Shown here: in pieces, positions 30,841-40,027 of the stretch
How positions within the stretch are numbered: position 1 is the first letter of the stretch
Layout of the letters: each line of letters starts with the position of its first letter
Assembly: GCA_004552395.1 (NCBI GenBank)
Contig: SFOK01000001.1
Coordinates: 1 to 55,013 of the forward strand
Origin: Bacteroidales bacterium
GTDB taxonomy: Bacteria > Bacteroidota > Bacteroidia > Bacteroidales > Muribaculaceae
Reading direction: 5' to 3'
DNA: 55,013 bases
Position numbers and translations under genes: made by a program
The notes under the pieces: model-generated
Seen by the model: the letters and a program-made list of their open reading frames with translations, nothing else
Told to the model about the DNA's origin: nothing
The model's database searches: none

Positions 30841-33800
30841 TCAGGTACGGCGCCCGGGGCTGCCCTGGAGGCCGGGCAGGAGAGTGTTGCGTATTGTGGC
30901 GGCTATCGGGTAGAAGAACGGCACATCCTCCACCTTCTCGTCGCTCCCCTCGTCTTCCGGTAGATAAGCATCGATGCCGGCCGCCAAGTAGTTGGACAGA
31001 TTCTCCGAACAGTGGGCGCGGAAAAAGTCAAGAGCCTGCGACGGTATGCCGAACTCCTCGCGGGTCTCCGGGTCGAGAGCCTTGATAAAGAGAGTGTTAA
31101 ACTCCTTCACGGCGGCTATAATCTTGTTGCGCTCGGCGAGCGGACGTATGCTGCCGTAGGTGTAGCTCTCCGTGTCGGTGAGCGTGAAGGACCGTTTGCG
31201 GCCCATTACCTCGCGGGAGCTGAATCCGGCGCGCGATATCTTCCCCTCCTCTATGCGGCGGTCGAGCTCTATGCCTCCCTTGCAGGTGATCTGCTTGGGC
31301 GCTGTGAGCTCGCGGCGCACGCGGAAGGTCGCGGAGCCGTAGCTGCGGCCGTAAACCAGCTCTATGAAGCGGCGGGTATAATCCTCGACCGTCTCGGGGC
31401 GCCCTAGGATGCTGAGTATCTTGGAGCCGGTGCCGCTGAAACATATCTGCCGCGGCATACCGAGACCGTTCTCCTTCATCAGGCGGCCCACATAGTAGAT
31501 GATGGCCGAGTAGAAATAGACGAAGATGATCTTGCGCTGCTCGTCGTCGGCCAGCATGGCGTTGTAGCTCAGGGCGCGGCGCTCCAGGGCCGGACGGTCG
31601 CGAAGCATCTCCGACTGCTCTATGGAGAAGAGGAAGGCGTTGATATCTTCGGAGCGTTTCGAGTGCATGATGTCGCCCAGGATCAGGTCCAGATAGCTGA
31701 GGTTGGCGTCGGCGCTGACGAGGCGCGAGAAGCGGTTGGCATATTCCTGCACGAGCGGGTTGTGGTCGGCGTCGCAGCTGCGGAAGCAGTCGCCGAAGAT
31801 CGTGTTGCCGGCGAAGCGGAACGAGCTCACGAAGTGCAGATCGGAGCGGAACTGCTCGTCGTCGGCCTTATAGACCACCACATCGGAGGTGCCGCCCCCT
31901 ATGTCGATGCTCACATAATCGGAGCCGTCGCGCGAGGTCCCTTCGTAGTAGAAGGCCGGCGCCACCGACTCGGGAAACGATACTATGTCGGTCCTGTCGG
32001 GCGATATGTAGCGGGCGTAGAGCTCCTCCCAGAGCGTCAGGTACTTGAGCTGCAGGGAGCGCTTCATGCTCACCGGGTAGAAATAGATGAGGCGCACTCG
32101 GCTGAGGTCGCCGCGGCTCACTATCACGCGGGCGCGGATAAGAAGCATGATCTCGCGCAGGAACTGCTCGGACAGCTCGGTGCGGTCCGCCCATTTGAGC
32201 ATGGTGCTTATCTTGTAGCCGTTGAACGACTTGCGCTCGTAGAGGAACGGTATGTTGCAGTTGCGGAGCACACGCGGGCCCGAGGCGTTGGTCTCGTTCT
32301 CGGCCAGTGAGGTGCGGAGCGGGAAGCCGTAGAGGCCGCCGATGGTGCGCGGTATGAACTCCAGGTCGAGCATGGCGTCGCTCTGAAGCAGCGAGCCGGG
32401 AGCGTCGAGTGTGGCTGTGAGAGTGGCTTCGGCCTCCTCGCTGAAGGTGAGCGGCTCGGCGGGTGACCCGTCGGTGCTGTACTCCACGTGAGTGTTGGTG
32501 GTGCCGAAGTCCACGGCGAATGTGAACTGCGCCGCCGAGGGGGTATAGTCGGGCCAGAGCGGCAGGATCACACCCGAGCGCACGGAGCGGCCGTCGGTCC
32601 CCGTGAGGGTGAGGCGCATATAGTCGAAGGAGCGGTTTATCTCGTAGTAGGAGGTGCGCATGGCGCGCGAGCGGGAGCGCATGGTGGCCTCTTCGCCACT
32701 GCCGGGAGCCGATTCGGCGGCGTGGAAAGTGAGCGACGCCTCTGCGTCGGGCATCATCTCGAAGAGGCGCACGTTGTATATGTCGTTCTTGCCGGTGCGG
32801 GCGAAGGGGAAGATGGCCGCGCTCAGACGGGCGCCCGCCACTATGCTACCCTGCTGCTCGCCTCCGGCCGGAGCCGCGCGGTATATCTTGTGCAGCTCCA
32901 CATAGCTGCGGGCGCAGGGCACCCTCAGACAGGCCTGCACGCCCTCGGCACAGGCCCGAAGCTCGAACATAGGCTTGCCCGGAGCCACATTGCGGCAGAG
33001 AGCCTCGGCCGGGAAATATTTGAAGAAGAGCGGTTTGAGCGGGAGCAGATAGCCCGGCGCGCTACGGCTCTGCGGTGCGCAGGCGTCGAAGAAATGGTTG
33101 CGGTCGATCGGTGTGGCCAGCTCTATTATCTCATCCTCGAGGAGGTCACATGCCGTAATCCAGGGGTAGGTCACCGACGTGTCGGGGAGCACACGCTCCT
33201 CCACGGGCTTGCCGGCCGTATCCACGACCGTGTTCTCGTTCCACGGACGGTTCACGTAGGTGAAACGCTCCATGCCGGGAGCCACGAAGCCGGGCGTGAG
33301 CACGAGCGGGAGCCTTTCGTCGCCTGCCGGTTGCCGCAGCTCGGGACGAAGCATGAAGTCGCTCTTTTCCACCGCCTGGAGCATATCCTCCTGCTTGCGG
33401 ATATAGAGCTGACGGCCAAGCACGCGCGGGCTGAAAGGCCCGGTGAAATCGGAGTAGAGGCCGGGCAGCAGGGCGGCGAGCCCTTCGGCGCGGGCTGTGT
33501 CCATGGCCTGCGGGTCGCTGACGCGGCGGCAGACGGCGGCGTAGAGCTCCGGGCGCCGCTCGCGGGCCGTGTCGAGGTTCACAAGCAGGTAATCGTAGAC
33601 GGGCTTGAGCTTGCGGCGCAGCTCGGGCCACGCGTTGAACCAGTGGGTGAGGTAGACCACAAACTCCTCGTCGCGCTCCCACAGGTCGCGTATACGGCCG
33701 AAGAGGGTCTCCCCCTCCTCCACCATGATATTCTTGCGCTCGCCCACGCCCGGAGCGCCCATGGTGAGCGAGGCTGGCGAGGTGGATCCTATGGCTATAT

Positions 33801-34251
33801 TGTCGGCTGTGAGTATATACCAGTCGTCGGAAAGGTCGAAATTGTAGGCTTCGCGGTCGCTCTCCATGAAGAGACGGAGCGTCTCGGCGAGGAGCTGATG
33901 GTCGGCGCCGGAGCGCTCCATGCGGCTGATGGCCGACTCGGGGTTCCAGCGCACTATGCTGATGCGTCCGGCATGATTCTCCATGTCGAAGAGTATCTGC
34001 GCTATGTCGAGAGCGTCGCTCACAAGGCGGCGGTCCATCTGAAGGCCCTGCAGACGGCCCGAGGCGAGCCGCGCGAAGGCGTTGGACACCAGGTCGAGCT
34101 GTGCGAACGGGCTCGGTATGGCTGTGCGCGGATGCTCCACCAGGCCGCCGTTGGGATCGGTGATCCGGGTTATGTCGTCGGTGGTGTATGGGTCGCGGCG
34201 TATCCAGTCGCTGCCCGTCACATTGTCGCTGTATGAGAGTATGTTGCTCAT
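30841..34251 (-). CDS. 1136-aa protein with a C-terminal actin/Hsp70-superfamily ATPase domain
   Basis: Phosphate-1 FAVDFGTTNT, IYFYP, connect-1 PESVAP, phosphate-2 VSIDIGGGTSD, adenosine CFSGTGSK, connect-2 PKQITCKGG; about 570-aa N-terminal region of unknown fold. Confidence 0.85.
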   Translation of the reverse strand: MSNILSYSDNVTGSDWIRRDPYTTDDITRITDPNGGLVEHPRTAIPSPFAQLDLVSNAFARLASGRLQGLQMDRRLVSDALDIAQILFDMENHAGRISIVRWNPESAISRMERSGADHQLLAETLRLFMESDREAYNFDLSDDWYILTADNIAIGSTSPASLTMGAPGVGERKNIMVEEGETLFGRIRDLWERDEEFVVYLTHWFNAWPELRRKLKPVYDYLLVNLDTARERRPELYAAVCRRVSDPQAMDTARAEGLAALLPGLYSDFTGPFSPRVLGRQLYIRKQEDMLQAVEKSDFMLRPELRQPAGDERLPLVLTPGFVAPGMERFTYVNRPWNENTVVDTAGKPVEERVLPDTSVTYPWITACDLLEDEIIELATPIDRNHFFDACAPQSRSAPGYLLPLKPLFFKYFPAEALCRNVAPGKPMFELRACAEGVQACLRVPCARSYVELHKIYRAAPAGGEQQGSIVAGARLSAAIFPFARTGKNDIYNVRLFEMMPDAEASLTFHAAESAPGSGEEATMRSRSRAMRTSYYEINRSFDYMRLTLTGTDGRSVRSGVILPLWPDYTPSAAQFTFAVDFGTTNTHVEYSTDGSPAEPLTFSEEAEATLTATLDAPGSLLQSDAMLDLEFIPRTIGGLYGFPLRTSLAENETNASGPRVLRNCNIPFLYERKSFNGYKISTMLKWADRTELSEQFLREIMLLIRARVIVSRGDLSRVRLIYFYPVSMKRSLQLKYLTLWEELYARYISPDRTDIVSFPESVAPAFYYEGTSRDGSDYVSIDIGGGTSDVVVYKADDEQFRSDLHFVSSFRFAGNTIFGDCFRSCDADHNPLVQEYANRFSRLVSADANLSYLDLILGDIMHSKRSEDINAFLFSIEQSEMLRDRPALERRALSYNAMLADDEQRKIIFVYFYSAIIYYVGRLMKENGLGMPRQICFSGTGSKILSILGRPETVEDYTRRFIELVYGRSYGSATFRVRRELTAPKQITCKGGIELDRRIEEGKISRAGFSSREVMGRKRSFTLTDTESYTYGSIRPLAERNKIIAAVKEFNTLFIKALDPETREEFGIPSQALDFFRAHCSENLSNYLAAGIDAYLPEDEGSDEKVEDVPFFYPIAATIRNTLLPGLQGSPGRRT

Positions 34252-34264
34252 GTCGTAAGGTTCG

Positions 34265-35782
34265 CTACTCGGTGATGTTGGAGAATTTCGATTCCACGAG
34301 TTGCCCGGCGGCCTCGTAGAAGAGGCTCATCAGCTTCAGGGGGAGCTGGTCGGGCCGGAAAGCCCCCTCCCGGTGCTTGCTCACCGTGTTGATGCGCGAG
34401 AATATGTCGTCGTGGGTGAAGCGGCGGTTGCCCAGAAACCCTTTCTTCTGCTCCACACCGGGGAGAAGCCGCTCCAGATCGCTGGCCACGTCGAGGTCGA
34501 AGATCTCCACATGGCGGTGGTTGGCGTCCATCTCCTCGAGCCAGTCCCAGTATTTGCTCAGGAACGGCCCTGTGAGCGTGCGGTAGAAATCCGACGAGAG
34601 GAAGTCGGAGCCGATGGATGGCTTGTCCTTGGTGAATCCGCGCCCTATGCACTCGCGGAACTTGTTGTCGAGGAAGAGCGAGAGCAGATGCAGCTTGATG
34701 AGCGGCGTGGCGGCCAGACGGCGCGTGGCCGGGCCGAAGGTAAGCATATTCACCTGCGATGTGTCTTTCTCCAGGCCGTATTCGAAAGCCTCGGTGCGCC
34801 CCTGCGGCAGGTCGTCGTCGGGCGTGGCGGCGAAGTTGAGGGGAGCCAGAGCGCCCACGAGCTCCACAAGATGCGCGGCGTTCTTCTGTCCTCCGGCACC
34901 GGGGTCGTTGGCGTAAGGGGCGCTCACCTCCGTGTCGCCGAGATAGTAGATGGCGTTCAGGAGCGAGCCCCGGCCGCTGCCTGTCACCGCCTTGTCGTAG
35001 TAATGGAGCGCCGAGCGGGTCTTGACCACAAAGTCGGCCTTGTTGATCGGGCTACCCTCCTTGTGCTCTATGTTGAAATAGGGGAGCATGGTGAGGGCGC
35101 CTGTCTTGCAGCGCTTCAGGTAACCTTTGTTGTTCACGTCGAGCCCTTCGGCGTGGCGTATGTTCTTGAGGAGTATCGGGAAACCGGCGGCGCCTGTACC
35201 GCCGAAGATGGAGCTGATGAAGAAGACGCGGTCGCCCTCGGCGAAGACGTTGCAGAAAGCGCGGAACTCGGGGCTCTTGCGGAACATATTCAGGGCCACG
35301 CTGCCTATGTTGGGCGAACCCACGAACCCTATGTTCATGGAGGTGTCGAGCTGGTCGGCCGAAAAGAGCATACGCAGCAGGGCCTGGTTCTCGCCGTCGA
35401 GGTCGTTGAAGCCCACAAACTCGCTGAATTTGCAGCGCTCCACGGCGCCGAGGTTGAAGAGGAATGTGTCGTCGAGCTCCGACGATGATTCGGACAGCAG
35501 CTCCTTGAGGGTGGATATCTTTGTGGCGAAGAAACCTTTGGCCGCCGCGGAACCGCCGTAGAGGGCGCGGCGCAGCTTGCGGTACGACCGCAGCAGCTCG
35601 TCGGTGCGCTTCAGGTCTTCGTTGGAGTGGTGCGGGTCGAGTATCATGGGCACGATCTCGAACTCCTCCATCTCGCGGCCCGTGGCCGGGTCGAGTGGCT
35701 TCACACCCGCAGCGAGCAGCATACCGAGCGACTTAAGCACCCGGGCTCCGGTTCCTCCTATGGCGAAAATGAACAGACGCAT
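34265..35782 (-). CDS. Divergent FtsZ/tubulin-superfamily GTPase (Tubulin_2/FtsZ-like)
   Basis: T1 FAIGGTGARV, T2 ILDPH, T3 GFVGSPNIG (cf. FtsZ GAGANPEVG), T4 signature SIFGGTGAAG, LTMLPYF (cf. VTKPF). Confidence 0.85.
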   Translation of the reverse strand: MRLFIFAIGGTGARVLKSLGMLLAAGVKPLDPATGREMEEFEIVPMILDPHHSNEDLKRTDELLRSYRKLRRALYGGSAAAKGFFATKISTLKELLSESSSELDDTFLFNLGAVERCKFSEFVGFNDLDGENQALLRMLFSADQLDTSMNIGFVGSPNIGSVALNMFRKSPEFRAFCNVFAEGDRVFFISSIFGGTGAAGFPILLKNIRHAEGLDVNNKGYLKRCKTGALTMLPYFNIEHKEGSPINKADFVVKTRSALHYYDKAVTGSGRGSLLNAIYYLGDTEVSAPYANDPGAGGQKNAAHLVELVGALAPLNFAATPDDDLPQGRTEAFEYGLEKDTSQVNMLTFGPATRRLAATPLIKLHLLSLFLDNKFRECIGRGFTKDKPSIGSDFLSSDFYRTLTGPFLSKYWDWLEEMDANHRHVEIFDLDVASDLERLLPGVEQKKGFLGNRRFTHDDIFSRINTVSKHREGAFRPDQLPLKLMSLFYEAAGQLVESKFSNITE

Positions 35783-35827
35783 TGTGTGTTATTTCCTGAT
35801 TGACAGACTTTTACTGTTGCTTGGTGA

Positions 35828-36316
35828 TCACTGAGGGAAAGGAGTGTGGCGGCAATTGGAGCTCCAGTGGCGTATACCCATGGAGGCTATCGCGAAGAAG
35901 ACGGCGCCGAGCACGGCGCCCCAGGCACCCATGGCGCGGATATACGGCTCGTAAGAGGGGAGCACGGCCGGGTTGGCCGAGCCTATCTTGCTGGTGAGCA
36001 GATGGCCGGTGAAGATACCGGTGATCACGGCCACGAGGGTGAGAACCGTGAGCCAGTTCCACCAGCGGTCGAACTTCACCGAGTTGATGATGTAGTAGAA
36101 GAGCACGGCGAAAGCCCAGGCCACACCCGCGATGAGGAGCGACACGGGAGTGGCGAGGCCCATCACGAGCATATCCTGGCGGAAATAGTCGAGATTACCT
36201 TCGGGGTCGGGCACGCCCAGATAGAGCATATTGCAGATGCTCCCGGCCGTGACCACGAAAAGGATCGTCAGGACGGCTGCCAGTGCAGGGTAGAGATATT
36301 TGACGGTCTGCGACAT
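35828..36316 (-). CDS. Small 4-TM membrane protein; gene 2 of the tubulin/actin cluster
   Basis: 162 aa from ATG 36316; four hydrophobic helices; FYYIINS and C-terminal WSSNCRHTPF. Confidence 0.8.
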   Translation of the reverse strand: MSQTVKYLYPALAAVLTILFVVTAGSICNMLYLGVPDPEGNLDYFRQDMLVMGLATPVSLLIAGVAWAFAVLFYYIINSVKFDRWWNWLTVLTLVAVITGIFTGHLLTSKIGSANPAVLPSYEPYIRAMGAWGAVLGAVFFAIASMGIRHWSSNCRHTPFPQ

Positions 36317-36441
36317 GAGTTTGAGGTTTGCAGTTATGGGTGAGCCATTTTCGCCGGTGACGTATCCGTCCGGGCGGCGAAAAAGCGTACCGGGGCGCAG
36401 GGCTGTGCGTTGTCGCGAGCAACTACCATCCCAAATAATCA

Positions 36442-36449
36442 CAAAATTA
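36442..36449 (-). promoter_or_regulatory. Internal Bacteroidetes -7 element upstream of the 4-TM, tubulin and actin genes
   Basis: TAATTTTG on the minus strand in an AT-rich 260-bp gap; the nearest upstream TTTG is 24 nt away, slightly longer than consensus. Confidence 0.5.
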
Positions 36450-36576
36450 GCTAAAATTGTTGAGATCGGCTATCAAATTTCCCCGAAAAATCATTTTACA
36501 CCCGAATTTCACGAATTTGCCGCATGCTTTGGCAGCAGGTTACCGGATATTATCGAACCTGCTCTGAGAGGCAGGG

Positions 36577-38076
36577 TCAGTTTTTGAACAGAATGCGCAT
36601 GGAGAAGAATTCGGGCTGCAGGGCCGTGCCGTGGTAGGCCTCGAAGATACCCTCCATGAAGTCGGCGATGCCGAAAGTGGTCGTGGCGAAACGGGCTCCG
36701 GCGACGTTGCGGTCGTCGGTCGAATGGCTCTTCTTCACCCAGTCGGGGAGGCGGTTGGCCAGGCTGATCTTAAGCTCCGACGAGGGATGGTGTGTGTCGA
36801 CACTCACAGTGAAGAGGTGAGTGGCCTTCTCGAGGAAACGTTTGTTGCGCGGGTCTATGTCGGCCGTGGTTATCTTCTTCACGCTCAGCAGCTTGGCATC
36901 GGCGCCGCTGAGGGTATAGTTACGCGTGTCGGTGAGGTAGGCATCGGCGGCCGGTATGCGGCTCAGGTCGGCGGCTATCTGGAAGGTGAGGTTGCCCGAG
37001 GCGTCGCCACGGACATCCTTCATGGCGCGTGTGTCGCTGCCGTTATCGTCGGCCGAGAGGGTGAAGGACCCTTTCGAGGCGCGGTTGCGCGGCAGCAGAG
37101 TGTAGTATGGGAGAGTGAGCGGTCGGCGGTTGAAGAAATAATCGGCCTGATAGCCGGGGAGGGAGCTGAAGTCGCGCCAGGAGGCGTAGCGGCTGTCGGT
37201 GCGCAGACGGTGCATGGCGGCGGCCGATCCGGTCACTATGATGTAGTAGGGGCGCTGACCGGAGTATTTCACACCGGCCGACGGGGAGGAATAGGGATAG
37301 TAAGCGCCGTTGAAGTCACTGCTCATCTTGACTATGATCACGCTCTTGTCGGCGTGATCGCGGAAGAGCGACGAGGCTATGCTGCGCTCCTCGGCCAGTA
37401 TCTTCGGGGCGCTGACGCCCTCGGCGCCGCGCGGCGAGTATATCATGTCGGTGACAAGCACATTGACGTTCTCGGCTACCGAGTCGGTGAGCACATACTC
37501 GAATATGCGGGCGAAGTCGGTGAAGGATGCGTCGCCTATTCCGGCTGTGGCGCTGAATATGTCGCGCTCCTGAAGGAAGCGTTTGAAGTCGCCTTTCCAG
37601 GGATATATGGCGTCGTTGACTATCAGGATCCGGCCTGTGGAGCCGTCCACAAGCGGAAAACGGTTGACCAGCTCGGTGAGTGTGGCCTTGAAATTGCCGG
37701 ATCCGGAGCGGGTGTCGTAGCCCTGCATACTGCCGCTGCGTTCCAGGAAGAGGTTGAGCTTCAGGTCGGAACTGAGTATGCCGCCGTAGGCCCGGATGTC
37801 CCAGCTGAAATTAGGGTCGGCCTGGCGTCCGGTCTTCTCCACAGTGGCGGCGAGTTTCTCCATGTTGATCTCGCCGTCGGGGAGGATATAGCCTCGGTAG
37901 GTGGCTTTGTCGCTCAGTATTATGTCTGTGAGGCGCTGCAGTCCCTCCTCGCTCTGGAGCTCGGGGTCAGCCGCTATGTCGCGTATCTCCTCGGTGAGGG
38001 CATCGGTAGGTCCGGAACAGGCAGCCGGCCCTAAGAGGGTCAGTGCCAGGATCAGTATGCCGAGTAACTTCTTCAA
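36577..38076 (-). CDS. Lipoprotein with a vWA/MIDAS-like domain; gene 1 of the tubulin/actin cluster
   Basis: TTG start, lipobox LGPAA-C20, LNLFLERSGSMQGY (DxSxS variant) and NVLVTDMI. Confidence 0.75.
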   Translation of the reverse strand: MKKLLGILILALTLLGPAACSGPTDALTEEIRDIAADPELQSEEGLQRLTDIILSDKATYRGYILPDGEINMEKLAATVEKTGRQADPNFSWDIRAYGGILSSDLKLNLFLERSGSMQGYDTRSGSGNFKATLTELVNRFPLVDGSTGRILIVNDAIYPWKGDFKRFLQERDIFSATAGIGDASFTDFARIFEYVLTDSVAENVNVLVTDMIYSPRGAEGVSAPKILAEERSIASSLFRDHADKSVIIVKMSSDFNGAYYPYSSPSAGVKYSGQRPYYIIVTGSAAAMHRLRTDSRYASWRDFSSLPGYQADYFFNRRPLTLPYYTLLPRNRASKGSFTLSADDNGSDTRAMKDVRGDASGNLTFQIAADLSRIPAADAYLTDTRNYTLSGADAKLLSVKKITTADIDPRNKRFLEKATHLFTVSVDTHHPSSELKISLANRLPDWVKKSHSTDDRNVAGARFATTTFGIADFMEGIFEAYHGTALQPEFFSMRILFKN

Positions 38077-38155
38077 GAGCAGGGGGTTGTAGTTAAGTAA
38101 GAGTCGTGATAGAGGCGGGAGAGGCTTGGGTGAGGGCTTGGCTGAGAGGTTCAGT

Positions 38156-38977
38156 TCAGTATTGTTCGGTCTCGTTGGGGAAGTCGCCGGTCTTTACGTC
38201 GTCGACATAATGGCCCACGGCATCGTTGATCACCGAGGCGAGGTCAGCGTAGCGGCGCAGGAAGCGGGGCGAGAAGCCCTGGTTTATGCCGAGCATATCG
38301 TGGACCACAAGCACCTGGCCGTCGACACCGCCGCCGGCGCCGATACCTATCACCGGGATGGTGAGCTCCTTGGCCACTCGGGTGGCGAGCTCAGCCGGCA
38401 CTTTCTCTATGACCACGGCGAAGCAGCCGATCTCCTCGAGCATCTTGGCGTCCTCTATAAGCTTGTTGGCCTCGGCTTCCTCCTTGGCGCGCACATTGTA
38501 GGTGCCGAACTTATTGATAGACTGGGGAGTGAGTCCGAGGTGTCCGCAGACCGGTATGCCGGCCGAGAGGATACGTTCGATCGACTCGCGCACCTCGGCG
38601 CCTCCTTCGAGCTTCACGGCTTCAGCGTGGCTCTCCTTCATGATGCGTATGGCCGAGGCGAGGGCCTCCATAGGGTTGCCCTGATAGGATCCGAACGGCA
38701 TATCCACGATCACGAGGGCGCGTTTCACGGCTTTCATCACCGATTTGCCGTGGTAGATCATCTGGTCGAGGGTGATGGGGAGAGTGGTTATGTTGCCGGC
38801 CATGACGTTGGAGGCCGAGTCGCCCACAAGTATCACGTCCACTCCGGCCTCGTCGACGAGACGGGCCATGGAATAGTCGTAAGAGGTGAGCATAGCTATC
38901 TTTTCGCCGCGCTGCTTCATCTCGATGAGGCGGCGGGTAGTCACTTTTCTACTGTTTGTTACTGTGTTTGTCGACAT
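38156..38977 (-). CDS. panB: 3-methyl-2-oxobutanoate hydroxymethyltransferase
   Basis: [53 protein letters not shown]. Confidence 0.97.
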   Translation of the reverse strand: MSTNTVTNSRKVTTRRLIEMKQRGEKIAMLTSYDYSMARLVDEAGVDVILVGDSASNVMAGNITTLPITLDQMIYHGKSVMKAVKRALVIVDMPFGSYQGNPMEALASAIRIMKESHAEAVKLEGGAEVRESIERILSAGIPVCGHLGLTPQSINKFGTYNVRAKEEAEANKLIEDAKMLEEIGCFAVVIEKVPAELATRVAKELTIPVIGIGAGGGVDGQVLVVHDMLGINQGFSPRFLRRYADLASVINDAVGHYVDDVKTGDFPNETEQY

Positions 38978-38987
38978 GATTAAGCGT

Positions 38988-39053
38988 TTTGCGGTAAGCG
39001 TTTGACGCGTTCCGGCCTTGTTTGCGGTAAGCGTTTGACGCGTTCCGGCCTTG
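38988..39053. repeat. Perfect 33-bp tandem duplication in the panB leader
   Basis: TTTGCGGTAAGCGTTTGACGCGTTCCGGCCTTG at 38988-39020 and 39021-39053. Confidence 0.9.
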
Positions 39054-39061
39054 AAACGCCG

Positions 39062-39069
39062 CAAAATTA
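39062..39069 (-). promoter_or_regulatory. Bacteroidetes -7 element for panB
   Basis: TAATTTTG on the minus strand. Confidence 0.55.
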
Positions 39070-39184
39070 CAAAAAATAATCCGATATACAATATAATCGG
39101 TGCGTTAAGCCGCCTGAGGTCAATCCTGAGGTCAAGCGCAAAAGGCGAGGCGGGGTGAACCGACGCACAAACCGTGAGGCGGGG

Positions 39185-39994
39185 TCAGCCGAACCACCGG
39201 TCGGGGTCGGCATCGTCGGGGAAGCGGAAGATCTCGCCGGGGTGCTCGCGGTAGAAGGCGGTGATCTCGCGCTCCTTGGGGAGCTTGCTCACGAGTCGGA
39301 AGCCGGAACCGATCAGTCTGGCCGGTGTGCCGCCTATGATGGAGTATTCGGGTATGGAGGAGAAGTCTTTGTTCACCAGGCTGTTGCTCGATATGATTGT
39401 GTTGTCGGGCACGCAGGCGCCGGCCGATATTGTGGCAGTGTTGCAGATCCAGCAGTTGTCGCCGACAGTCACCGGCTTGCAGAGCGGCGGCACGATCCCT
39501 TTCTGCAGGTTGACCACATAGTGGTAGTTGGTGTCGAAAATCTGGCTGCGGTGGGCTATGCGGGCGCTGTGGCCTATGCGGATATGGCGCGCGCACCCTA
39601 TGTTGATGAAGTCGCCCAGGATGAGGTTGTCGCCGAACTCGAGAAGTCCGTCCTCGTCGACGACGATACGTATGCCGGTGCGGATACGGGCTTTGCCCTC
39701 GAAGCGGATTGTGCCGCCGATGTTGAGCTCCGACTGGGCGCCCATATTGGACGGCGAGCCTATGATCATCATGTTGAAGCGGACCATGCCCGGACGGACC
39801 TCCCCCAGCTCTATGCGTCCGCTAAGGTTCATGAGGCGCGGCCGGCCGTAGAGCCAAACCGGGAGCTTCACGGCCTGACGCAGAGGCAGGCAGCGCAGGT
39901 TCAGATAGACAGTGGCGAAAGGATTGAACCAGTGGCGCGAAAAAAACTTCTCGAGCAGCTCGAAGGCGCGATTTATCTTTTTCTTTATATCCAT
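39185..39994 (-). CDS. Hexapeptide-repeat (left-handed beta-helix) acyltransferase
   Basis: DTNYHY, PVTVGDNCWI, IIGGTPARLI. Confidence 0.85.
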   Translation of the reverse strand: MDIKKKINRAFELLEKFFSRHWFNPFATVYLNLRCLPLRQAVKLPVWLYGRPRLMNLSGRIELGEVRPGMVRFNMMIIGSPSNMGAQSELNIGGTIRFEGKARIRTGIRIVVDEDGLLEFGDNLILGDFINIGCARHIRIGHSARIAHRSQIFDTNYHYVVNLQKGIVPPLCKPVTVGDNCWICNTATISAGACVPDNTIISSNSLVNKDFSSIPEYSIIGGTPARLIGSGFRLVSKLPKEREITAFYREHPGEIFRFPDDADPDRWFG

Positions 39995-40027
39995 GATTGT
40001 CGGTTGATTGTCGGTTGATTGTCAGTT
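39995..40027. repeat. 11-bp tandem repeat, 3 copies, filling the flippase-acyltransferase gap
   Basis: gattgtcggtt gattgtcggtt gattgtcagtt. Confidence 0.75.

Noticed and set aside
30841..35782. Calling the pair ftsZ plus ftsA, mreB or dnaK
   Set aside because: Sizes, motif variants, the missing FtsZ tail and Hsp70 substrate domain, and the lack of dcw/mre/dnaJ neighbours do not fit.
32488..38034. Long plus-strand ORFs (582, 395 and 467 aa), and similar antisense ORFs elsewhere such as 4024-5451, 46330-47970 and 49890-51125
   Set aside because: They are shadow frames opposite well-supported genes in high-GC DNA and show no recognisable motifs.
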